Source: a virus
Lineage: Duplodnaviria; Caudoviricetes
Length of the DNA stretch: 64,000 bases
Direction: 5' to 3' (one strand)
Virus record (IMG/VR): IMGVR_UViG_3300033067_002502
Span: 96,001-160,000 of that record
The stretch's first letter is position 1, and each line of letters opens with the position of its first letter. A program made the position numbers and the translations under genes. The notes under the pieces are model-generated. The model searched no databases. It had not been told where the DNA came from and saw only the letters and a program-made list of their open reading frames with translations. This document shows, in pieces, positions 20,754 to 31,200 of this stretch.

Positions 20754-23700
20754 ATGCCTGTTAGAACTCCCCATTTTGGATTAGAAGCTTTTATCACAGG
20801 CGATATTTATTCGTCTTCTGTAGATAAGCGTAGATTTACTATTATAGATTCTAATATGGCCTTTATATCAGAACTTGTTGGTCAAGGGAAAATAAAAGGC
20901 TGGGATTTGTCAATTCCTTCTAGCTATACTCTTATGGTTTCTAGCGGATGGGGTATGATTGACAGATCTATTGTTAGGACTTTTGGTGATTTTAATAAAT
21001 CATTACTTGATAATAGTACTGTTTATGTATGGATGAGAAATAGGCCTGGAGTGATAGGACAAATAAGCGCATTTTCAAATATATCTACTATTAATTATAT
21101 TGATTCTACAGCTCCTTCAAATCCAATTTCTTTATCAATAGTAAGTAAATCCACAGATTCTATAAATATTCAATGGAGTTCTTCTTCTGAAATAGATTTT
21201 AATTACTATGAAGTATATAGAAGTACAGATAATATTTCTTATAGCTTAATAAATAAGGTTTATTTAAATGAATTTACGGATACTGGTTTATCTGAAAATT
21301 CAATTTACTACTATAAGATTAAATCATACGATCTTAGCGAGAATTCTAGTTCTTTTTCTTCATTTTTATTGGCAATAACAGATAAAGACTTAAGTAAACC
21401 CGCAAATCCAAGTTCTGTAAAAATTATTAATTCTAAAAATTCAGTTCATGTTATATGGAACAAAGCACCTTATGGAAATATTTCTAATTATAGAGCTTAT
21501 GTTACTCCTGTAAATGAAGAAAAAATAGCAATAGATTCAGAATTTGTTGTAAATAGTAGCGAAGACTCTGCTGATATGACAATAAAAAATCTTGTAAATG
21601 AACAAAGATATTTAATTGTTTTAAAATCAGTTAGTGCTAGAGGAATTGAGTCGGATGGAGTTTCTCTTCTTGGTATTCCTGTTGACACAGGAGGGCCTCT
21701 TGATGTTTCAGAAATAACTATTATTGACTATGTGGTTGAATCTGGAATATCAACAAACGGAATGAATATTAGCTGGATTTCTGAAATAGATCCATATTCT
21801 TATTTTAATGGTATTTCTGAAATTCTTATTGAAGAGTACAGAAATGATGGAACGGTATTAACTTCAGAATGGATTCCTACTCTTTCAGGATATCAAACAA
21901 GATCTATCGAAGTTTTTCCTTATAAAAAAAATGGGCAATCTTTTTATAAGTCTATTGAATCTAGAACAATTTATTATGTTACTATAAGAAATGTTGATTC
22001 TAATGGAATTAAAAGTGTTGGGAAAAGAGTAAGACACTATACTAAAAATTTCTTATCTCCAGATCCTGCAAGGTTTTTGTCTATAACAGATAACCCTGAC
22101 AAAACTCTTGTTTTTAAATGGGAAAATTCTTCATCTATATTCAGTTACAATCTTATTTCTGTAAAGAAAACAGATTTATCAGATTCTTCTGATACATTTT
22201 TATTTACTCAAAAAAACGTAGGAAAATCAACATTTTTCTCCTTAGATCCATCTTTTTCTAAAGAAAACAACAGATATACTTTTTCAATAATATGTGTTGA
22301 TGAATTTGAAAATGAAAGTATATTATCAAGTATTGTTTATGAAACAAGCGTTTTAGTTAATCTTCCAAAACCTCCACAACCTGCACAGCAGATAGGATTT
22401 GCTGGAGATAAGCAGAATATTATAAATTGGAGTGCTTCTTCTTCTAAAGATGTTAAAGGTTATAAAATATACAGATCTTTAGATAGCGTATCTCTTGATG
22501 CTTCTGCTTTTTCTTTGTTAGAAACAGTACCTGCAAATATATACTCATATATAGATTATGAAGTAGAGAATAATTCTTCATATATTTATTTCGTAACAAC
22601 ACTTAATTTATATGATCAAGAGTCTCTAAATCCAATAGATGATAAGTATATTAATTATTCCTTAATAACATTAAAGCCTACATCTAATTCTTTATTAAAT
22701 CCCCCAATTAATCTATCATCAACTATCATAGGTAATAGTGTTCAGATTTCTTGGCAACCTACTGGTGGTCAATTTGATGGATATGAAATTTATAAATCAA
22801 TTGGAAATAAATATTCATTTGTTCTTATTGCAACTGTTTCTCCCTCTGTAACTTATTATGTTGACTATTTATCTCTTATATATACTGGCAACGTCTATTA
22901 TATGGTTAGAAAATTTAAAAATGAATCAGATTTGTTTATTACAGAAAGTAGTGTTAATGTAACAAATGCAGTGTATCTTGGTAAGGTTACAACATCATCT
23001 GGAGTTTCTTCTATAAATCTTTCTAATGTTAGAAATATATCTTTATTAGAAGATCCGGTTAGGGAAGAAACTAAATCTAGAATTAATGTTCATAAGCATG
23101 AATTTGTAGATGATAATAATGACAAAAGAATAAATCTTGATAATAAATTAGTTGTTTCAGATTGGGAATCTAATGATAATCAGATATACACAACAATAAC
23201 AGACATATCAGATACAACTACTTATATTGTATATATAAATGGAGAAGAATCTTCTAGTTTTGGAATTTTGTATTCTCTTAATAAAGATACAGGAACTCTT
23301 GTTTTTGAGACAAAGTTATCTGCAACTGGATTTGAAATAGATGGAAGTCAGGTTTTTGCTTTTTCAGAGCCTCCGTCTATAACTGTTGAATTTGGAAATT
23401 TAGAAGAAACTCAAAATATAATTCCAGAGAAAAGATTGAAAAGTTTAAGCTCTTCTCAAGTTTCTGTTGGAAAATTAAAGAATCCTCAAATAAATTTGCT
23501 AAATCATGATGGAAGATTAAGAGAAAAAATTGAACCTATTCAAATATCAACAATAAAAATTGATGATGGATACAGATATGCCCCATTTGATAGTAACGAG
23601 ATTATTGGAGATGCTGTTGTTTTTTATGATATAATGCAGGCTGCTGGTGATTTGGATATCTTATTAGCTTCTACAAGCGACGGAATCTATACAAGTGAAG

Positions 23701-25277
23701 ATTTTGGAATTTCTTGGAATAGAAGATTTGAACCAGTTACTCCTGTTATAAAGTTTTTTTATTCAACAAAGTATGATACTTATTTTGCCGGTACTAATAG
23801 AGGAATACTGTTTGGCAGAGGAGGATCTGCTGGCGGCTTTAGCATTTGGACAGAAATAACTGGAACAGAAAATGCTAAAATTATAAGAGATATAGCTGAA
23901 GATCAAAATGGGGAAATTTTTTGCAGTAGCGATCTTGGTGTTTATAAATTAAGAAGGGATATAGGACAGGGATCTTTTATCTTCCAACAAACTCCTATTT
24001 TGGGACCGAGAAGTACTGAGTCTTATTCAATTCTTTTAGATAGTAATCGTGGAAGATTAATTACGAGCAACGAACTTGGCATATTTGAAAGCCATAATAG
24101 TGGGGTTCTTTGGTCTTTTAGCCAAGAATTCCCTGAGCAAAGGCCTATTCATTCTTTTGTTGAAAAGAATGGCTTTATTTATGCAATAACTGATTATATG
24201 TTATGGAGAAGAGGTCCGTCTGATTCTTCTTTTGAAAGAATTGGAGTAATAGAATCTTCTATTATGGCAAGAAAAATTTCTATATGGAATAATAGGATTT
24301 ATATTTCTTCGGACAAAGGGCTTTTTGTAACTAATAGTTCTAATAATATTTTTTCTGATACAAGCGTTTCTTTTGAATTAGCTTTTTCTGGATTTAAAAT
24401 AAATTCAACAGCATTACCTGCAACTTCATTAAATGTAATAGATAATAAATTATTTGTTGGTTCTGAAGATAGATTATTTTTATCTAATAGTCCTGGTAAA
24501 ATATCTTTACATAGTGAATTTAGAAGCGTTGTTATTCCTACTATTTACATAAATGGAGAAATACAGTATATTGGTTATAGATTTACAACTAGTTTAGATA
24601 GATTGAGAAAATATGTATGTTTTGATGTTAAACAAAAGTTTGGGAATGTTGTTACTATTGCTAATCAGTATAAAAAGTTTAAAATAAAAAACGGAGGATG
24701 GGCAGATGCTAATTATCTTTCTTCTGTTTCTTTATTTGTTGATGGAATAAAAATGAATTCAATGAGTCTTTCTGAAAAACCAGCTCAAGAAGTATCTCAA
24801 ATTATTCTTCCTTCTTATTCGGATCGAAACGCTCATAAATCTGGAGCAGATCTTGCTAAGACAAAATTTGAGATTTCAAAAAGCAATCTTCTTGAAGTAG
24901 AAAGGAATGATGCTGGTCAAATTTCTAAATTAAAAGGATTTTCAAAGGACAATGTAGTTTCTACTTTGTATGGAATTGAGAGATTCCTTTCGCAATTGTA
25001 TGAAACAGCGAGAGTTATTGAAATTACAGATGAACAGGGGAAGGTATCCGAAATACCTTTTAAAATTCCAGATTTTAGAGTTATTTTATTAACTCCAGAA
25101 TCAAATAAAAATGCTATAAAAATTAGTAATTTTGGCTCATATAAAAGCTGGTCAAGTAATCAAAATAATTCTCAATCGTCCGTAATAGGACATTTTGGAA
25201 GCGAATTAACTTCTGACGGGAACGTTCCTGTAGAGTTAATTGGAGGATTAGGCGATTTAGGTTCTATGGGTGGTTGA
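20754..25277 (+). CDS. FN3-repeat and beta-propeller tail-fibre-like protein
   Basis: N-terminal MPVRTPHFGL. Several FN3 units (IQWSSS..YEVYRS..FTDTGL..YYYKIKSYD; GYKIYRS). Asp-box-like YTSEDFGISW and ESHNSGVLW. Confidence 0.7.
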   Translation: MPVRTPHFGLEAFITGDIYSSSVDKRRFTIIDSNMAFISELVGQGKIKGWDLSIPSSYTLMVSSGWGMIDRSIVRTFGDFNKSLLDNSTVYVWMRNRPGVIGQISAFSNISTINYIDSTAPSNPISLSIVSKSTDSINIQWSSSSEIDFNYYEVYRSTDNISYSLINKVYLNEFTDTGLSENSIYYYKIKSYDLSENSSSFSSFLLAITDKDLSKPANPSSVKIINSKNSVHVIWNKAPYGNISNYRAYVTPVNEEKIAIDSEFVVNSSEDSADMTIKNLVNEQRYLIVLKSVSARGIESDGVSLLGIPVDTGGPLDVSEITIIDYVVESGISTNGMNISWISEIDPYSYFNGISEILIEEYRNDGTVLTSEWIPTLSGYQTRSIEVFPYKKNGQSFYKSIESRTIYYVTIRNVDSNGIKSVGKRVRHYTKNFLSPDPARFLSITDNPDKTLVFKWENSSSIFSYNLISVKKTDLSDSSDTFLFTQKNVGKSTFFSLDPSFSKENNRYTFSIICVDEFENESILSSIVYETSVLVNLPKPPQPAQQIGFAGDKQNIINWSASSSKDVKGYKIYRSLDSVSLDASAFSLLETVPANIYSYIDYEVENNSSYIYFVTTLNLYDQESLNPIDDKYINYSLITLKPTSNSLLNPPINLSSTIIGNSVQISWQPTGGQFDGYEIYKSIGNKYSFVLIATVSPSVTYYVDYLSLIYTGNVYYMVRKFKNESDLFITESSVNVTNAVYLGKVTTSSGVSSINLSNVRNISLLEDPVREETKSRINVHKHEFVDDNNDKRINLDNKLVVSDWESNDNQIYTTITDISDTTTYIVYINGEESSSFGILYSLNKDTGTLVFETKLSATGFEIDGSQVFAFSEPPSITVEFGNLEETQNIIPEKRLKSLSSSQVSVGKLKNPQINLLNHDGRLREKIEPIQISTIKIDDGYRYAPFDSNEIIGDAVVFYDIMQAAGDLDILLASTSDGIYTSEDFGISWNRRFEPVTPVIKFFYSTKYDTYFAGTNRGILFGRGGSAGGFSIWTEITGTENAKIIRDIAEDQNGEIFCSSDLGVYKLRRDIGQGSFIFQQTPILGPRSTESYSILLDSNRGRLITSNELGIFESHNSGVLWSFSQEFPEQRPIHSFVEKNGFIYAITDYMLWRRGPSDSSFERIGVIESSIMARKISIWNNRIYISSDKGLFVTNSSNNIFSDTSVSFELAFSGFKINSTALPATSLNVIDNKLFVGSEDRLFLSNSPGKISLHSEFRSVVIPTIYINGEIQYIGYRFTTSLDRLRKYVCFDVKQKFGNVVTIANQYKKFKIKNGGWADANYLSSVSLFVDGIKMNSMSLSEKPAQEVSQIILPSYSDRNAHKSGADLAKTKFEISKSNLLEVERNDAGQISKLKGFSKDNVVSTLYGIERFLSQLYETARVIEITDEQGKVSEIPFKIPDFRVILLTPESNKNAIKISNFGSYKSWSSNQNNSQSSVIGHFGSELTSDGNVPVELIGGLGDLGSMGG

Positions 25278-25297
25278 TTTTTAATTGGAGAATTATT

Positions 25298-28200
25298 GTG
25301 CCTACATCATTTTCATTATTTAATTTGAGAGATCCAGGAGATTCTGGTCATCAGTCAAATATTTCTTTGAATCCACAAGATTATGGAACTAATATTGTTA
25401 GAGATTCTTCAAGTGGGATTAATTACGGAAGACCATTGGCTAGTAATAACGCCTGGTCTGTTTCTGTTACTCAGTCACTCAAAGAGTGGAGAGGTATAAA
25501 TTTAACAATATCTATTACGAATAACTCAAACGTAGTGCAGCCAGCTCCTTTCATTAGATTGTTTTCTGGAATGTATCATAAAAATTGGACAGTTTCTCAA
25601 GTAGGAACAGCATATAGACATTCAATAAATTATATGAATCACGATTCATATGGAATGAGAAGTCAATCTGTTTCATACTCATCTCCTTCAAATCCTGCAA
25701 CAGATATAATAGGAAGTACAAATTCGATATATGGATACAATTGGTTTGCTCCTTGTTTTACTATTGACAATTTTACAGGAACTCAAAATGTATTTAATTG
25801 TCAAATGATGTCTGTTTCAACAAATTATCCATATCCATTTAAAATTTATGGAGATTTTAATCCAGTAACTCCAACTGTTGCTGGAGAGCCTTTTGATGCT
25901 CATTATGATGATTTGAAAGCGTTTTTTAGAATGGATGGAAATGTAAATGTTCCAGGAAGAGGGATTTTAGATCAAGTCAATCCTCAAGAAACAAGAAGTT
26001 GGACTATTTGGTTAAGATATGAAAATTATTATAGTAATTTCTTTTTATCAGACGGCCCTCCAAATCAAAACATTATTAGATCGGGAACTCCTACTTATAG
26101 AAAAATTGCAGCCCTTAGATCTTATGAACCTTATTTTGCATGGTATTGGAACGACCCAACAAGTATTGTTTCTGAATTTCCTGTAGTTCCAAGGCCTCCT
26201 ATTAATGGAGATCAAAGAGCGGGGCCTAGAGTAAGTGGAAGAGTTTATGGAATTGAATTAGCAGGAGGAGATCTTCCTACTATACCTAACAATGAAAGAA
26301 GATATTATTTATTTAGAAAATATGTACTTAATGGTACAACTATTTTTGAGAATTTAGGAGCAACAGCTCCTCAAGTTGGTCAGTCTTATATAAATCCCAA
26401 TACAGTTAGTGGGTGGAGAGAGCTTCTTGATGGAATAGTTGATGTTGCTAGTTTAAAAAATAATGGATACAAAGCTGTTCTTATTATAAATCCCGCTGGA
26501 TGGGGAAATGGTAATTCTGGTCAAAATCCTGCTTTCTTTACAAATCTTCCTCCTAATCTTAGAAACACATTATCTGAAATACAAGATTGGGAGAATTCAA
26601 CAAATACAAGTACTGATGTTCATATTAATAACGGTATTAGGATTTTATTTTCTGCTGAAAATGTTTTAAATAAAGTAAATCTTGGTGATTTTAATGATGC
26701 TGCTATTGATTTTAATAGTGAAAATCCTTTGCATAATGAATTTGAAACTAATAATTTCAACGAAGGAGGTTTGCGAAATTTTAGCGGTATTTCTCTTTTT
26801 GGAATTCCCGATGGACTTACTAAGCCTATAATAGATAATTATTTTGAAAATTGGAGAACCAATTATAGAGGATCAACCCTTTCTAGTGGTTTTAGAGTAG
26901 AGAACAAATTAATTTCTTATATGTTTCCTGGCTATCTTGATAGAGATGAATTTTTAAAAGCAACAAATTATTCAGGATCTGGGTCTGGTTGGATAGGAGG
27001 AAGAGACTGGTTTTTAGACTTGTTAACTTCAGGAACAGATCCTTGGGTTTATTGTCCAATTAAAAAATGGAAAGCAGAGTTAATTGGTACGCCTGGAATA
27101 TCTACAATATTAGATGTTGAATCTGCATATGATAAGTATGTTCAAAAAATAGAGTCAGAGCATCAAGCTGTTGCAGTTACTATAGGCAGAATAGTTAGGA
27201 ATAGTTGCCTGTTTCCTAAAAGACTTAATTGGAAAGAAAAATATGAAACATATACAAGTATAGTTGGAGGATTTGGAGGAGTTTGTACTTATCCAGATCC
27301 TGCTTTAGGAGTAACCTCTTGTACAAATTTTGAGATTCATACTCGATATTCAACAGGAATTCCCTCAAGTTTAAATTACAATATGATTGGACTTTATCAG
27401 GCTACTACTTTCGTTGATTATACAACAGATCCTTGTGGGCAGAATTTTAGATTTAGAGGACATAGTTGGATTCCTTTTTTAGGACAATCTAATGAGCCTG
27501 GAGGAAAGTCTGGAGATTGTCTTTTTTGGCTATATGATACAGATACAACAAATCCTAATAGCAAGCTTAGTAAGGCTTTAAAAACTATACAAGATAACAT
27601 AAATGGAGTATATGATGGAGGTAGACTTCAAATCCCTAATAATTACCAAGGAGGTATTTGGCTAAATTGGGAGCCAACAGCAATGGTTGCTTTTGATTCT
27701 TCTCATCCTCCTAGAGTTGATGGATCTTCTACTTTGGGAGGAAACGGTATTCCTAGGAAGTTAAATTTTGTATGTTCAGATAGAGACTCTAATGGAAACC
27801 TTTATAGATATATTGCAAAAGATTCAACAGATCCAACAATCGAAACTTGTACTACTTCGAAAAGAACAATTTTGTCTACAAGTGGAATTGCTGTTGATCC
27901 AGATAGAGAAATTGGAGTTTCTATTGGTGATAGCTTGGTTATGTATTATAAAAATCAAGCGTATCAGTGTAATCCATCAAATGCCTCATCAGTTTCTCCT
28001 AATGTATATCCGAATGAAACTGTAAAAATAAGATCTTTAGATGGTACTGTTTTTAATAGATCTTTAAGGGATTGGTGGGCTTTGGTTTTGAGTACCAATG
28101 AACCTGGCTGGGATTCTGCATTTCCAAGCGATAGGCCGTTACAAGTAGGAGAAACGCAATCTTGGATAGACAAGAGAGATATTATTTTGCAAAGAAGATG

Positions 28201-31200
28201 GAGCGAAAAATGGACTATTTGGCTTAAGGCTATTTGTGCGAAAATAAAAGCAATAAGACCTGGTGTTGATAAAATTGGTCTTTACGGTTCTGTTCCTCAG
28301 TATGGGCAATGGGCCATAGATGGTTTAGATTTTGGTAAAACAGATCCAGAATCACCAGATCCAGATAGAGAATTAGAATGGAATTATTGGGGAGAATGGG
28401 CTAAGACTCTTGAATATCTAGCTCCGTCGTTGTATCTTTGGGATCCAGTTAATGATTACGATGCTCCATATTTGTATAATACGATGGCTTCTTATGGAGT
28501 AAATACAGTAAGAAGACAACAAGATCCAATCCAATCTAGACTTTTTCAACTTCTTACCATAAGGAGTTATCAAGATAAATCAAATAAAGCAGGAAATATG
28601 TTTATTCCATTTATGTGGCAAAAACACTTAAGAGATGATCAGAATCTTGTAAATCCTAATATTATGGAATTTATGAATAAGTCCATATATACATCAGGAG
28701 GAAATGGACTTATTTGGTGGGATAGTATAGGAGGGCCAGCTGATGCAAGAAATTCAATGCAATATATACAGCAGTATTGGTATCCTACGGTTAATACAAT
28801 TATTCAAGGAGATTATTCTGCATACATAACTCCAAGAATACCATCTCTTCCTTTAACTAATCAAAATCCTGTAGCAAATGCAGGTCCAGATGCTACTATA
28901 CAGATTCAAGATGATAGTAATCGCATAACATATATTTTAGACGGTTCCGGTAGCTATGATCCAGAAGGAGGTAGCCTTATTTATCAATGGATGGAAGTTC
29001 TTCCTGCAGGAAGAACTAGTAGTGTTGCTGTTTGGTTAACTGCAAATAATATAGTAAATCCTTCCGTTAGTCTTATCTCTGGTAGTAGTTCAGATCCTTT
29101 AGCAGGAACTTATACTTTTAGATTAGTTGTTACGGATGAAAGAATGGGATCTAGTATGTCTGATGATGTTGTTATTAATGTAAATCCAAAAATAAACAGA
29201 GCTCCAATTCCTTCTGCTGGGCCTAATCAACAGAAAATAATTTCAGATTATACAGGATATGTAAGCGTAACTCTAGACGGATCTTCTAGTTTGGATCCTG
29301 ATGGTAATATAACTTCTTACATTTGGAAAGAAGGTAGTACGACTATTGCAACAGGAGTAAATCCTTCGGTAAATTTTTTTAAAGGACAACATACTGTTAC
29401 TTTAACAGTTACAGATAATGGAGACTCATTTGGAAATAATGTAAGATTTGCTTCTAGTTCTGTTATTGTAGACGTAATACCAAAAGCAAATATTCCTCCA
29501 ACAGCAGAAGCTGGTACAGATCAGAACGTTACAATATCAGATAATACTGGTCATATTAATGTGTCTTTAAATGGATCATCAAGTCATGATAATGAAGATA
29601 CTGGATACAATAAACCTCTTACTTATAGTTGGACACTAAATGGCGTACAAATCTCAACAGAAGCAAGTCCTACTATTTCTTTAGTTGCTGGTATTTATGA
29701 CATACTTCTTACCGTTACAGACAGTGGAGATTTTAGTGAAAATATAAATACAAGACTAACTCACAGTGATTCTGTTCGAATTACTGTAAATCCTAAACCG
29801 AATATAGCCCCAATTGCAAACGCAGGACCAGATGATACTAAAACAATTTCAGATTATACTGGTAGTATGAATTATACTTTGGATGGCTCTTTAAGTTCAG
29901 ATCCTGATGGTTATATAACTTTATATAAATGGGATGAATCTATAGCAGGTTCTATTGTTCATTTAACACAATCAACTTCTCCTACTTCTTTAGTTAATCT
30001 TTCTGTTGGTACTCATACTATTATATTAACAGTTACAGATAATGGCGATTATGCAGGAGCAAAAAAATCAAATAGTGATACTGTTTTTGTTACAATAAAT
30101 CCATCTCCTAATCTGCCTCCAATATGCAATACAGGAAATCCTCAAACAGTTACAGACACGGATGGAGATGGTTTTGTAATTGTTACTTTGGATGGTTCTG
30201 GAAGTTATGATCCTAATCCTCATGGTTCTATAATTTCTTATTTATGGAAAGAAGGATCTACTGTTTTAGGAAGTACTTCAATTTTGTCTCATTCTTTTTC
30301 TGTTGGAACTCATACTGCAACTCTTACTGTAACAGATAATGGAGATTTTTACGGATTAGCTAATTTGAGTACAAGTAAAGATGTATATATTACCATTTTA
30401 CCAAAACCACTTAGGCTTCCTATTGCAAATGCAGGAATAGATCAAGAAGTAACAGATACAGATAATAATTTAATTGAAAACGTTCAATTAGACGGAAGAT
30501 TAACTTACGACCCAGATAATAATATTTCTTCTTATGTTTGGAAAGAAGGAGTAACAACTATTGGAACAGGGTCTTATCCTATGGTTTCTTTTTCAATAGG
30601 AACTCATACTGTAACTCTTACTGTTACGGCAAATGATTTATCGACTACAACTGACGATGTAATTATAATAGTAAATCCAATAGGAATAGATCCTCCACCT
30701 CCAAATGTTCCACCAGTTGCTAATGCAGGACCAGATCAATTAACGGTTATAGATACAGATGGAAGTGGTAGCGAAATCGTTACTCTAGATGGTTCTGGTA
30801 GTACTGATTCAGACGGAACTATTGCAAATTATCATTGGACAGAAATAATTTTAGGAACAAGAACTACTTTAGCAACAACAAGTAGTTCCTTAGTTTCTTA
30901 TAATTTTACAGTAGGAACTCACGTTGTTACTCTTGTTGTTACTGATAATAGTGGAGCCTTGAGTCAGGGAGATGATATTACTATTACAGTGAATCCCAAA
31001 CCTAATGTAGCTCCAACAGCAAATGCAGGACCAGATCAAGAAGTTACAGATACAGACGGAAGCGGTTATGAATCTGTTACTTTAGATGGTTCTGCTAGTA
31101 CCGATTCAGATGGAACTATTTCTTCTTATAGTTGGATATTGAATGAGGTTGAAATATCTACCATATCTAATCCAACAGTATCTCTTCCTGTTGGACAAAA

